Below, in pieces: positions 41,686 to 51,663 of a stretch of 64,000 bases of DNA; the first letter of the stretch is position 1, and every line of letters begins with the position of its first letter. The stretch is from NCBI GenBank assembly GCA_965203355.1, contig OZ241889.1, forward strand, positions 4,000,001 to 4,064,000. Direction: 5' to 3'. A program made the position numbers and the translations under genes. Origin of the DNA: Candidatus Latescibacterota bacterium (lineage in GTDB: Bacteria; Latescibacterota; UBA2968; UBA8231). The notes below the pieces were generated by a model. It was not told where the DNA came from, ran no database searches, and saw only the letters and a program-made list of their open reading frames with translations.

Positions 41686-42750
41686 ATGCAACACACACAC
41701 TTAGATGCGCTCAAAATTAGAGGCTTTCGCGGACTATCGAACCTCGATCTCAACAGCTTGGGAAAGTTCAACATCTTGCTAGGCGCAAACGATGTGGGCA
41801 AAACTTCCATTTTGGAAGCGATATTCCTCTTGTCGGGTTCTGCCAAGATGGAACTGCCCTTGCGAATACAGACCTTTCGCAACTATGAAGTTCGCGAGTT
41901 CGTCGATTTGTCTTCTCTCTTTTACGAACTCGACTTCAACCAGCCCATAAAATTGAAGGCGCATTATTGTGATTCCACGCAGCTTACCTTGGATATCTCG
42001 GCTTCGTACGATCCACTTGTAACCAAAATACAGAGCGATCGGCCCTCTTCTTCGGTTTCCTCTGACCAGCATCACTTGCGCTACGATGTGACGATACAGA
42101 ACGCCTCGCAACAAGAGCCACTATCGTTTTCCAGCAAACTGATCGAACACGAGGGCCGTATTGAAATGACCAAAATACCGGATGCCCTCGCCAACAAACT
42201 TATTGCCGCCACTTTTATCGGCGCACAATTTCAATACGACAGCAATGTCATCGGAGAGGTAATAGTCAATAAAAAGAAAGACGAGCTTCTTCGCTATCTA
42301 CGGGTTATCAACCCCCATGTGAAGGAAATCGCGGTAAGTAGGGACAAAACCTATTTGGATATCGGATTCAAGAAAATGATGCCACTGAATATGTTCGGCA
42401 GCGGCATGATTCGCGCCGCAATGATGCTCTCGATATCCATTTTAAGGGCCGAACAACTTCTCCTTGTCGATGAACTCGAAAATGGCCTTCACTATCAAGC
42501 CATTCTGCCGCTCCTAAAGACACTCCTCAAATTTTCCAGCGAGCAGCACTTGCAGATTTTTGTCACCACGCACAGCCTCGAAATCCTCAAAGGTCTGAAG
42601 GATGTGCTGAGCTTGCCCGAATTTTCCGATTATACACAGACGACAAATTGCTACACACTGCAAAGAGATAAAAGCGGATTGGTACGTTCCTACCAGTACG
42701 ATTATAGTCAACTCGAGCACGGCATTGAGCACGGCATTGAGATCAGATGA
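41686..42750 (+). CDS. ABC-type ATPase (AAA_15/AAA_21-like)
   Basis: IRGFRG, Walker A GANDVGKT, signature FGSG, Walker B LLVDELENGLH, H-loop TTHS; no TM. Confidence 0.88.
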   Translation: MQHTHLDALKIRGFRGLSNLDLNSLGKFNILLGANDVGKTSILEAIFLLSGSAKMELPLRIQTFRNYEVREFVDLSSLFYELDFNQPIKLKAHYCDSTQLTLDISASYDPLVTKIQSDRPSSSVSSDQHHLRYDVTIQNASQQEPLSFSSKLIEHEGRIEMTKIPDALANKLIAATFIGAQFQYDSNVIGEVIVNKKKDELLRYLRVINPHVKEIAVSRDKTYLDIGFKKMMPLNMFGSGMIRAAMMLSISILRAEQLLLVDELENGLHYQAILPLLKTLLKFSSEQHLQIFVTTHSLEILKGLKDVLSLPEFSDYTQTTNCYTLQRDKSGLVRSYQYDYSQLEHGIEHGIEIR

Positions 42751-43301
42751 TGAGTAGCCAATGGCAGATATTCGTCGAAGGGCCTGGGGATCAAGCCTTT
42801 CTCAACAACCTATTACAACACCTGAACATTTCCAATGCTAATACGTCTATCATCGGAGGCGGCGTGGCGAAACTTCCCAAAGTTGACAATGAAATACGAC
42901 GTGCTCATGATGCGGGAGAACTCATCGCTATCGTACTGGACGCGAACTCCGATTTCGCGAGTCGGTACGCCGAGTTTGAAAAACAAAAAAGAAGTCTCCA
43001 ACTTCCAATCGCCCAATCCTTCCTTTTACCAAATAATAGAGATCCTGGGTGCCTTGAGACTTTGCTCGAGGCGATGGCCGTCTCTCGCGCCGTGTATAAC
43101 TGCTTTGACCAGTACGAAATTTGTTTACAAAATCACAGTACGCCATATAACCTTCCCAATCACAAGGCGAGAATCTATGCTTACTGCGAAGCACTCAACA
43201 TTGAGACCCGTGCAAGTAAACGGAAATATGTGAACTCGCCACATTGGAATCTGGATACGCCCGCTCTGGAACCGCTGAAACAATTTCTCTCTAGCCTGTG
43301 A
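42747..43301 (+). CDS. TOPRIM-like protein (DUF3226-like)
   Basis: FVEGPGD, GGG, VLDANSD, FLLPNN...GCLETLL; ATGA overlap with ATPase. Confidence 0.75.
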   Translation: MMSSQWQIFVEGPGDQAFLNNLLQHLNISNANTSIIGGGVAKLPKVDNEIRRAHDAGELIAIVLDANSDFASRYAEFEKQKRSLQLPIAQSFLLPNNRDPGCLETLLEAMAVSRAVYNCFDQYEICLQNHSTPYNLPNHKARIYAYCEALNIETRASKRKYVNSPHWNLDTPALEPLKQFLSSL

Positions 43302-43314
43302 GCCCCTCCTCGCA

Positions 43315-44124
43315 TTAAATCAACGCCCGCAACCCCTCGGCATATTGCCCAAGCACCGCATCGGCCCGATCGCCGCTGCCGCGCTTGTGGATCACCTCCA
43401 CCGAGCAATACCCCGCAAACCCAGCCGCCGCAAGCAAGCGCAGCGGCTGGGCGTGATCGAATACGCCCGCGCCCAGCACCTCGCTGACCTGCACCCGGCC
43501 ATCGACAATAGTCCCGTCGTGCGCGTGGGTGTGGCGCGTGTACGCACCCAGCATCTCGAAGCTCTCGGCTGGCTCTTCGAGCACCCGCTGCGTGTGCATA
43601 AAATCCCACAGCACCTGCAAATTCGGGTGCCCAGCCCGCTCGACGACTGCGCGTACCGGGGCCGAGCAGCACCAATCGTCATGCGTTTCCAGTAGCACTG
43701 TCACGCCGCGTTCAGCCGCCGCTGGCAACACCTGTGCAAAACCCTCCACCACGTAATCGACGACCGCCGTCCACTCCCGATCTCGGGCACGCGGACCGCC
43801 GAAAACCCGCACCAAGCCACAGCCCAAATCAGCCGCTAGGTCAATGTACTTTTTCACGTCCTCTACGTGCGCGGACCGCTCGGCCGCGTCGGGCGCAGCC
43901 ATCCGCGCTCCAGTCGCAATACAGCAGATTGCTAGCCCCTCTTCCGCCATCCGTCGGCGCACGTCCCGCCGCGCACTGGCCGCAAGCGCAGCCTCAATGC
44001 CGCACGCATGATCCCATTCGACTCGCGGCTCAAACCCCTGATAGCCGTGCCGTTTCATGCCGGCTACTACTTCGTCCAAGGTCCAGTCTGGACACGCACT
44101 GCTCATAGTCGCCAATTTGATCAT
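43315..44124 (-). CDS. Sugar phosphate isomerase/epimerase (xylose isomerase-like TIM barrel)
   Basis: LETHDD, WDFMH, HTHAHD, SVE metal ligands. Confidence 0.85.
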   Translation of the reverse strand: MIKLATMSSACPDWTLDEVVAGMKRHGYQGFEPRVEWDHACGIEAALAASARRDVRRRMAEEGLAICCIATGARMAAPDAAERSAHVEDVKKYIDLAADLGCGLVRVFGGPRARDREWTAVVDYVVEGFAQVLPAAAERGVTVLLETHDDWCCSAPVRAVVERAGHPNLQVLWDFMHTQRVLEEPAESFEMLGAYTRHTHAHDGTIVDGRVQVSEVLGAGVFDHAQPLRLLAAAGFAGYCSVEVIHKRGSGDRADAVLGQYAEGLRALI

Positions 44125-44213
44125 AATTCCTCTACTGTGATTAGTGTGAGTGATGTGATGGACAGGATGGATGGGATTTTATTGTTTAATAACACAATCC
44201 CTTGAGGTCTCCC

Positions 44214-45203
44214 ATGCAAATCGGCACCACCCTCACGCGCTTCATCATCGAAGAAGAGCGGCGCCACCCCGAGGCTACCGGCGAATTCACCGGCCTGCTC
44301 ACCGACCTGAGCATCGTCGCTAAAATCATCGCCCGCGACGTGAACAAGGCCGGCCTCGCCGAGGTAATGGGCATTTCCGGCCGCACCAACGTCCACGGCG
44401 AAATAGTGCAAAAGCTCGATGAGTTCGCCAACTCGCTCATCATCCGCACCACCGATCACACGGGCCGACTTGCGGGTATGGCTTCCGAAGAAATGAACGA
44501 CATTTACCCCATCCCGGAAAAACACCCGTGCGGCAACTACATCCTCGTCTTCGATCCGGTTGATGGCTCGTCCAACATAGACGTGAACGTCTCCATCGGC
44601 ACCATCTTCTCCATCTACCGCAAGAAAAGCACCGACCGCGTAACCCTCAGCGACTTCCTCCGCTGCGGCTGCGAGCAAGTCTGCGCCGGCTACATCATCT
44701 ACGGCTCCAGCACCATGCTGGTCTATACCACCGGCAGGGGCAGCCACGGCTTTACCCTCGACCCCAGCCTCGGCGAATTCCTGCTCTCGCACGAGAACAT
44801 CGCAATTCCTAAGAAAGGCCGGTACTACAGCACCAACGAGGGCAATTATCCCAAGTGGGACGCGCCAGTGCGCCGCTACATCAATCAGCTTAAAGAAGGT
44901 CCGCACCCCTACTCGGCGCGTTACATCGGATCGCTCGTCGCCGACTTCCACCGCAACCTGCTCAAAGGCGGCATCTTCCTCTACCCCGGCGACAGCAAAT
45001 CGCCCAACGGCAAGCTGCGCCTCTTGTACGAAGCCGCGCCCTTGGCCTTTGTCGTCGAACAAGCCGGCGGCGCGGCCTCCAACGGAACCCAACCCATCAT
45101 GGACTTGCCAGCGACCGAGCTACACCAACGGACGCCGCTGTTTATCGGCAGCAGCGACGACGTGGCCGCGCTGGAAGAATTAGTGCGCGGCGAGCGGGCG
45201 TGA
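44214..45203 (+). CDS. fbp: Fructose-1,6-bisphosphatase class 1
   Basis: [41 protein letters not shown]. Confidence 0.97.
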   Translation: MQIGTTLTRFIIEEERRHPEATGEFTGLLTDLSIVAKIIARDVNKAGLAEVMGISGRTNVHGEIVQKLDEFANSLIIRTTDHTGRLAGMASEEMNDIYPIPEKHPCGNYILVFDPVDGSSNIDVNVSIGTIFSIYRKKSTDRVTLSDFLRCGCEQVCAGYIIYGSSTMLVYTTGRGSHGFTLDPSLGEFLLSHENIAIPKKGRYYSTNEGNYPKWDAPVRRYINQLKEGPHPYSARYIGSLVADFHRNLLKGGIFLYPGDSKSPNGKLRLLYEAAPLAFVVEQAGGAASNGTQPIMDLPATELHQRTPLFIGSSDDVAALEELVRGERA

Positions 45204-45215
45204 ACGGAACCCATT

Positions 45216-46355
45216 GTGAAAATCACCGCCATCAAACTCTCGGTTTTTGAGCTTCCAGCCACTACCTCGCTTTTCGATCTAGAGCAAGTTCCCTACGGCC
45301 ATCGCACTCGCTGGCGGACCTGCGGCCACCGCCGCGCCGAGGCCCCGGTCCACGTGCTGCACGTGCTGACCGACGAAGGCTTGGAAGGGATTTGCACCGT
45401 CGGCGACGCCCGCTACCAGACCATGCGCCGCGCCGAGTTGGAAGCCCTGCGCATCATGGCCATCGGCCAAGACCCGCTCGACCGCGAACGGCTCGACGAC
45501 AAGCTGCGTTGGGCGACCCGCTCGCTGTTTTCGCCTCCGGGCTGGCACGGAGCTTTTGACAACTGCCTCTGGGACATCGCGGGGCAAGTCGCCGACCTCC
45601 CAGTTTGCGCCCTAATCGGCCGAACCCGTCCGCGCTGCCGAGCCTATTACAACTTCCCCTCCAGCAGCCTCGACGACGCCTTAGAAGGGACAAACCAAGC
45701 ACTCGCGGCCGGCTTTGTCGCGCTCAAAGACCATTGGTCTGGTCCGCCCGACACCAACATCGCGTGGTCGCGCGCCATCCGCGATCACGTCGGCCCAGCC
45801 ATCGATCTGTTGCACGACGCGGCCGGCAGCCCCTACACCCAGCGTGAAGCCCGGCGCGTGGGCCGCGCACTGGAAGAACTCAACTATGGCTGGTTCGAGG
45901 AGGCCATTTCCGACCGCGACCTCCAAGGCTTGCAAACGCTGTGCGCCGAACTCGACATACCCGTCATGGCCCTTGAGACCCTGATGCACGACTGCGAACT
46001 CTGCGCCGCTTGGGTTCGCGCCGGGGCCACGGACCTCATCCGCGCCAACGCCCGCCACGGCACCACGGCCACCCTCAAACTCGCCGCGCTGGCCGCTGCC
46101 CATCGCACCACCATCGAACTCAACGGCCCGGGCGGCCTTTTTGGCTTAGTCCACGCCCATCTAGTCTGCGCCCTGCCAAACACCACGTACTACGAGTATT
46201 TCCCGGGCGGCAGCCGCGACGAGATCGGTCGCGAGATCGGCCTGCTCAATCCTCCCCTGCCCGTCGCTGGGCACATCGCGCCGCCGAATGGCCCCGGCTG
46301 GGGAGCCGAGTGGGACCGGGCCTATTTCGCCAAAAAGCGCGTGGCCGAATGGTAG
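45216..46355 (+). CDS. Divergent enolase-superfamily (mandelate racemase-like) protein
   Basis: DNCLWDIAG, LHD, WFEE, GPGWG; KxK appears as KDH. Confidence 0.75.
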   Translation: MKITAIKLSVFELPATTSLFDLEQVPYGHRTRWRTCGHRRAEAPVHVLHVLTDEGLEGICTVGDARYQTMRRAELEALRIMAIGQDPLDRERLDDKLRWATRSLFSPPGWHGAFDNCLWDIAGQVADLPVCALIGRTRPRCRAYYNFPSSSLDDALEGTNQALAAGFVALKDHWSGPPDTNIAWSRAIRDHVGPAIDLLHDAAGSPYTQREARRVGRALEELNYGWFEEAISDRDLQGLQTLCAELDIPVMALETLMHDCELCAAWVRAGATDLIRANARHGTTATLKLAALAAAHRTTIELNGPGGLFGLVHAHLVCALPNTTYYEYFPGGSRDEIGREIGLLNPPLPVAGHIAPPNGPGWGAEWDRAYFAKKRVAEW

Positions 46356-46420
46356 GCCGCCCTCGGTTGAACAGCGCTGCCGCGTTAGCTAAGTTACGGG
46401 ACACTCAGGAAGTACCCGCC

Positions 46421-47131
46421 GTGAACCTCAACGCCTCCCAAGTCCAATCCTACCGCGACCAAGGCTATCTCGTCGTGCCGGAGGTATTTGCGCCCGAGCA
46501 AGCCGAGGCCATGATCGGCCACTACATGAAACTCCGTGCCCAAGGCCCGCATCCAGGCGACAGCGGCGGTACCGATGACCAGCCCGACGATCCCAACCAC
46601 GCCTATCCGCGCATGATCAACATGCACGACTGGGATCCCGCCAGCGCCACTTGGGCCACCCGCCCCGACCTGCTCGCCGCAGTCGAACAGCTCATCGACG
46701 ACCAGCCTGTCCTGCGCCAAACCATGCTCTACTTCAAGCCGCCCGGCGGCCGCGGTCAGGGCCTACACCAAGACGAGCAGTACATCACTACCGATCCGCT
46801 AATCGGCCTGTGGATCGCCCTCGACCCATCCGACGCGGCCGTGGGCCAAATGGTCGTCGTCCCCGGATCGCACGATCAACTCCGGCCCGTTGAAAAGGCC
46901 GATACTCGCGTCTCTTTCACCCGCGCTCAGAGCCAGCTACCGCCCGGGGCCGCAATCGTCGGTCTCGACATGGCTCCGGGCGACGGCCTTTTCTTCGACG
47001 GCAAAACCATCCACGGCTCCCACCCCAACCAGACCACCGACCGCTGGCGGCGCAGTTTCATCTGTCACTATATCGGCAAACGCGCCGCACCCTTCGAGCC
47101 GCCCCAGGGCTTTCACGTGGGGCACGTGTGA
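46421..47131 (+). CDS. Phytanoyl-CoA dioxygenase (PhyH) family protein
   Basis: QGY, HQD, WIALD, VPGSH, HGS..N...R; GTG start inferred. Confidence 0.88.
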   Translation: MNLNASQVQSYRDQGYLVVPEVFAPEQAEAMIGHYMKLRAQGPHPGDSGGTDDQPDDPNHAYPRMINMHDWDPASATWATRPDLLAAVEQLIDDQPVLRQTMLYFKPPGGRGQGLHQDEQYITTDPLIGLWIALDPSDAAVGQMVVVPGSHDQLRPVEKADTRVSFTRAQSQLPPGAAIVGLDMAPGDGLFFDGKTIHGSHPNQTTDRWRRSFICHYIGKRAAPFEPPQGFHVGHV

Positions 47132-47140
47132 GACAACGCC

Positions 47141-47953
47141 ATGGCCTTTGCTTTTTCCGACCAGCACATTGACGAGTACCGCACTCAGGGCTACACGGTC
47201 TTTCGCCAACTCCTGCCTCTTTCCCTCGTCGCCGATCTGCGCCGCGTCTGCGACGAGGCACGGGACTTAGCCCGCCAACAGCGCGGCCCCCAAGCCCAGC
47301 GCTTGCAGCCAATAGCCGTCTTCCCGCTCGACCAGCAGCCCTTCATCGACTACGCCGAGCTCCCCGCGCTCAACGACGCGCTCCACCGCCTGCTCGCGCC
47401 GGACTTCCGCGTCGGCGGGCCGCAGGTCCTGGGCGTACTCTTTGAACCGGCCGAGTCGCCGTGGTGTACCCACTGGCACCGCGACTGGCGCGATAATGTG
47501 TCCAGCTTGGCGCTGGCGCGCTGGGACGAGCACTTTGCCGACGACCGCTACTTCAACCAAGTCAACTGCGCTCTGTACGCCGACTCCTGCACGTGGGTCG
47601 TCCCCGGCAGCCACCTGCGCCGCGACCTGCCGGGCGAAGCAGCGCGCTTCCCCGAGCGGCCCATCGCCACCCCCAATCTCGACGGACAATCCGCTATTGA
47701 ACGCGAGTGGACCTGCCGCTGCTACGCGCAGAGTATGCCCGGGGCCCAGCAGCTTTTCCTCGACGCCGGCGACTTCTGCCTCTACCGCAACACGCTATGG
47801 CACATCGGCAACTACGTGCCCTACGCCAAAAGGGCGACCCTGCACGACGCCGTCGATACCGACGAGTTTGCCGCGTGGCGCGACGAGACCCTGTGCATAG
47901 TCCAAGAGCGGCGGGCGGCGGGACACAACATGGAGAATCCCAATCATGGCTAA
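47141..47953 (+). CDS. Phytanoyl-CoA dioxygenase (PhyH) family protein
   Basis: QGY, WHRD, VPGSH, WH.G...KR.TLH. Confidence 0.8.
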   Translation: MAFAFSDQHIDEYRTQGYTVFRQLLPLSLVADLRRVCDEARDLARQQRGPQAQRLQPIAVFPLDQQPFIDYAELPALNDALHRLLAPDFRVGGPQVLGVLFEPAESPWCTHWHRDWRDNVSSLALARWDEHFADDRYFNQVNCALYADSCTWVVPGSHLRRDLPGEAARFPERPIATPNLDGQSAIEREWTCRCYAQSMPGAQQLFLDAGDFCLYRNTLWHIGNYVPYAKRATLHDAVDTDEFAAWRDETLCIVQERRAAGHNMENPNHG

Positions 47954-48269
47954 AAACAGCCGCCTCGTGTATTCCTCTGATACCGGCCGCGTACCTCAGC
48001 CGAAACAGCAAGCCGCGCCCCCCACCGGCGACGGCATCGCCCGCGTACGCCGCGAGAAAAAGGGGCGTGGCGGCAAGACCGTCACCGCGGTGTCGGGCCT
48101 GCGGCTATCGGCGGCCGCACTAAAAACCCTCGCCTCCGAACTCAAGCGCCAATGCGGCAGCGGTGGATCAGTCGTCGATCGCACAATAGAAATTCAGGGG
48201 GACCAAGTGGATGTCGTGCTCGCCGAGCTAGCCAAGCGCGGTTATCAGGCCAAGCGGGCGGGCGGCTGA
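47946..48269 (+). CDS. yciH: SUI1/eIF1-like translation factor
   Basis: LVYSSD, KGRGGKTVT, LKRQCGSGG, IEIQGD. Confidence 0.93.
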   Translation: MAKNSRLVYSSDTGRVPQPKQQAAPPTGDGIARVRREKKGRGGKTVTAVSGLRLSAAALKTLASELKRQCGSGGSVVDRTIEIQGDQVDVVLAELAKRGYQAKRAGG

Positions 48270-48287
48270 TTACCCCAGCTTTGCTCT

Positions 48288-49565
48288 TCAATTAGAAGGC
48301 GGGATTTGCTTGCCTTGCGGGTCCTGCTCGTCGCTGATTTGCGCGCCCAACTCAGCGGCTAACTCGCCGCCGATAAAGTGCTCAATCGCGTCGGCTGGGT
48401 CGTGTACGTGATCTGCGGGCAGGCCCAGATGGCTCATGTAGGTCTCCCAAAGTCGGTGATGGCGCAACAGGCGCAGCGCGGCTTGTTGGCCCTTGGCAGA
48501 CAATTCGACCACGCCATTGGCCTGTACCAGCAGTTGCCGCCGCCCCAGAGCGCCAAACGCCAGCCGCGCCAGCGGACTCCAAACGGCCGCGGTCGCGATC
48601 AATTCGGCGCGCCCCAGCCCGGTGTGCTCGACCTCTCGCTCCTTGCGCCGCACCAGCGCGAGCAACATGTGATCCTGCGCTACTTGCAACGACAGCCGCA
48701 CGCGCTGATAGATGCGCATCAGCACTCCTTGATTCGGGGAAAAAAGCAGGGAAAAGAGAAATATCCCACCGATGACCACCACCATGGCACCAGCGATGGA
48801 ACTGTTCCAGAAGCTGGCCAAAAAGTAACCCGCCACGGCCGAGACTATCCCAAAGAACACGGCCAACCCCAGCACCGCGATGAGCCGGTCACTCCACAGG
48901 TAGGCGGCAGCCCCGGGCACAATTAGCATGGCTACGACCAAAATCGCGCCCACCGACTCAAACGACGCGACCGTCGTCAGTGCGACCAACCCCATCAAGA
49001 GGTAGTGCATCAGCGTAGCGTTGATCCCCACCGACATGGCCAAGGCCGGATCAAACGCGGAAATCTTGAATTCCTTGTACAAGAGCGCGATCACCGTCAA
49101 GTTAATCGCCAGCACCGCACTCAATATCCACACCGGCCGCGGCCCCAGCGACTCGTCGCCCCACAGCAACAGATCCCAAGGGGTATAGGCGATTTCGCCG
49201 TAGAGCACGCATTCCTGATCGAGATCCACTTGACCGGCGTACGCGGTGATGATCACCACGCCCAGCGCAAAAAGCGCGGTAAACACAATACCAATAGCCG
49301 CGTCCTCTTGTACGCGCCACCGCTGGTGAAATGCCTCGACCAACAGCACCGTTATCAAGCCGAAGGCGGCCGCACCCAAAAACATCGGCAGCACCGCACG
49401 GCTGCCCGACAGCAGGAAGGCCACGGCGATCCCCGGCAGCACCGCGTGGCTCAAAGCGTCGCCCAACAGCGACATCTTGCGCAACACCAAGAAAGTGCCC
49501 AGCAGGGCGCAAGACGCGGTGACCAACACGCCGGTCAGCACGATCCAGAAAGCACCTTCGATCAT
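48288..49565 (-). CDS. Mn/Zn/Fe ABC permease (TroD/MntD-like) with C-terminal DtxR-like domain
   Basis: GDALSHAVLPG, FESVGAIL; tail HRLWETY..H..AD.IEH..DPQGKQIP. Confidence 0.9.
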   Translation of the reverse strand: MIEGAFWIVLTGVLVTASCALLGTFLVLRKMSLLGDALSHAVLPGIAVAFLLSGSRAVLPMFLGAAAFGLITVLLVEAFHQRWRVQEDAAIGIVFTALFALGVVIITAYAGQVDLDQECVLYGEIAYTPWDLLLWGDESLGPRPVWILSAVLAINLTVIALLYKEFKISAFDPALAMSVGINATLMHYLLMGLVALTTVASFESVGAILVVAMLIVPGAAAYLWSDRLIAVLGLAVFFGIVSAVAGYFLASFWNSSIAGAMVVVIGGIFLFSLLFSPNQGVLMRIYQRVRLSLQVAQDHMLLALVRRKEREVEHTGLGRAELIATAAVWSPLARLAFGALGRRQLLVQANGVVELSAKGQQAALRLLRHHRLWETYMSHLGLPADHVHDPADAIEHFIGGELAAELGAQISDEQDPQGKQIPPSN

Positions 49566-50890
49566 TCGCGCCCTCCTCGGCGGTAGTGACTGCCAGTGCT
49601 GTGGATGTTGACGATCTGAGCCGGGTCTAGTCCCTGCTCGCGCTGGAGGATGTCCTCTAGCTGATCGATGAGTTCCGGCGTCAGCAAGTGCTCGACTTCG
49701 TCGGCGGGCCGATCCACGTGATCGGCATCGAGTATGGCCCGATAGTACAAATAGTGTTCCCACAAGCGGTGCGATTTTACCACGAAGAGTCCTTCGGCCG
49801 CACCCGGCTCTGTCAGGGCAAAACGCCCATCCCGAGCGGAGACTAACCCCTGCCCGGCGAGCCGCCGCCCGAGGCGTTTGACCCGGTCCGGCGACAGGCC
49901 CATCTCAATGGCCAGTTCCTCCACGGCCAAGGGGCGGTCCGCGCCCAGCTTCTCTTGCAGCTCAACGCAGGCGCGCAAAAAGTGCTGCTGGCTCTCGCGG
50001 CGTCTGTTGTGCCTCAACCTGCGCCACCGCGCCAACACCCCCCGACGAGGTGCCAAAAGAGCCGAAACCACAAAACACAGGGTGGCGATGAGCACCATCA
50101 CCGGGCCGGTGGGAATCCGCGGCACCAAGGAACTGACAAAAGTGCCAACGGCCCCAGACAAGCCCCCGAAAGCAGCGGCGAGCAGCACCATCTTGTGTAG
50201 TTGCTCGGTCCAAAAGCGCGCGGCCACGGCTGGCGTGATGAGCATGGCCGCAATCAGCACCACGCCCACGGCCTGCAAGCCCACGATCACCGTCAGCGCG
50301 ATCAGTCCCATCAGCAAGGCGTCGATCCAGCGGGCCGAGTAGCCGAGCGTCTGCAAAAAATCCGCGTCGAAAATCAGGGCCTTAAACTCCTTAAAAAACA
50401 GGGCTACTGCGAGGATAATAAGGCCCGCCAAAACGCTCATGACGCGCAGGTCGTCATCCACCAACGAGGCGGCCTGTCCAAAGAGGAACTTGTCCAAGCC
50501 GCTCTGGTTGCCGGTGCCCACTCGCTGAACGTGAGTCAACAGCACGATCCCCACGCCGAAAAACACCGACAGCACAATGCCAATCGCCGCATCCGCCTTG
50601 ACGCGGGTAAAGTTGATGATAAACTGCATCACCAACACGCCGAGCACCCCGGAAATCGCCGCGCCCGTCAGCAGCACGGGCAGGGCCTTGCTCCCAGTCC
50701 ACAAATAAGCCAACGCCACCCCGGGCAGGGCCGCATGCGCCAGCGCGTCGCCGACGAGACTGCGCCGCCGCAACACCGCAAACGACCCCAGCAACCCACC
50801 GGTCGCGCCGATCAGCAGGGAGCCGAAGAGCACGAAGCGCACGTTGGCGTCGGCTAGGCTCAAGAAGCGCAGGGCGTTTTCGACTAGCAC
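49562..50890 (-). CDS. Mn/Zn/Fe ABC permease (TroC/MntC-like) with C-terminal HTH/DtxR-like domain
   Basis: GDALAHAALPG, LFGQAA; tail with HTH and HRLWEHYL..ADEVEH; start inferred. Confidence 0.9.
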   Translation of the reverse strand: MLVENALRFLSLADANVRFVLFGSLLIGATGGLLGSFAVLRRRSLVGDALAHAALPGVALAYLWTGSKALPVLLTGAAISGVLGVLVMQFIINFTRVKADAAIGIVLSVFFGVGIVLLTHVQRVGTGNQSGLDKFLFGQAASLVDDDLRVMSVLAGLIILAVALFFKEFKALIFDADFLQTLGYSARWIDALLMGLIALTVIVGLQAVGVVLIAAMLITPAVAARFWTEQLHKMVLLAAAFGGLSGAVGTFVSSLVPRIPTGPVMVLIATLCFVVSALLAPRRGVLARWRRLRHNRRRESQQHFLRACVELQEKLGADRPLAVEELAIEMGLSPDRVKRLGRRLAGQGLVSARDGRFALTEPGAAEGLFVVKSHRLWEHYLYYRAILDADHVDRPADEVEHLLTPELIDQLEDILQREQGLDPAQIVNIHSTGSHYRRGGRE

Positions 50891-50892
50891 GA

Positions 50893-51663
50893 TCAGCCCT
50901 CGCGCCGCTGCTCGGCCATGGCTTGGGCGGCCTGCGAGAGCACGGTCAGCCGACCTCCATAGGTCTTTTGCAGGTTGTCGTCGGTAAAGACCTCGCGGGT
51001 TGGACCAGATGCCACGACCCGCATGTTGAGCATGATGACCCAATCGAAGTATTCGGTTACGGTCTGCAAGTCGTGATGCACGACCAAGATGGTTTTTTTT
51101 TGCTCGCGCAGGGCGACCAAGCTGGCGATGATCGCACGCTCGGTCGCCGCATCTACGCCGGCAAACGGCTCGTCCATGATGTAGATGCGGGCTTGTTGGG
51201 CTAGTGCGCGAGCGAGAAAGACCCGCTGCTGCTGGCCGCCCGATAGCTGGCTAATCTGCCGCTCGGCAAAAGCGGTCATGCCCACCTCTTCAAGGGCTGC
51301 CCAAGCCAAGCGGCGATCTTCCTTGCTCGGCCGCCGCATCCATCCCACGTGACCGTAGCGGCCCATCAGCACCACGTCGAGCGCACTAATCGGGAAGTCC
51401 CAATCCACGGACTCGCGCTGCGGCACATAACCGATGATCTTGCGCATCTGACTGTAGTCCTCACCGTAGATCTTGACCCACCCCGACGCCTTGGGCACGA
51501 GGTCCATAATGGCCTTAATCAGGGTGCTTTTACCCGAGCCGTTGGGACCGATGATGCCCACGAGCTGTCCTTCGGGCACGTCGAGATCCACGTCCCACAG
51601 CACCGGCTTCTTGTGGTAGGCAATGGTCATGTCGTGGATTTGGATGGGATGGAGACTACTCAC
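50893..51663 (-). CDS. Mn/Zn/Fe ABC transporter ATP-binding protein (TroB/MntB-like)
   Basis: [28 protein letters not shown]; GTGA overlap. Confidence 0.95.
   Translation of the reverse strand: MSSLHPIQIHDMTIAYHKKPVLWDVDLDVPEGQLVGIIGPNGSGKSTLIKAIMDLVPKASGWVKIYGEDYSQMRKIIGYVPQRESVDWDFPISALDVVLMGRYGHVGWMRRPSKEDRRLAWAALEEVGMTAFAERQISQLSGGQQQRVFLARALAQQARIYIMDEPFAGVDAATERAIIASLVALREQKKTILVVHHDLQTVTEYFDWVIMLNMRVVASGPTREVFTDDNLQKTYGGRLTVLSQAAQAMAEQRREG

Noticed and set aside
44125-44213. Low-complexity GTGAT/GGAT run and short GGGATT..AATCCC inverted repeat between divergent genes
   Set aside because: Too short and irregular to call a repeat element, ncRNA or operator.
44121-45092. 323-aa antisense ORF over fbp, and similar shadows (3393-4418, 30513-31544, 61986-62855)
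   Set aside because: Antisense mirrors of well-supported genes, expected from GC-rich codon bias; no motifs.
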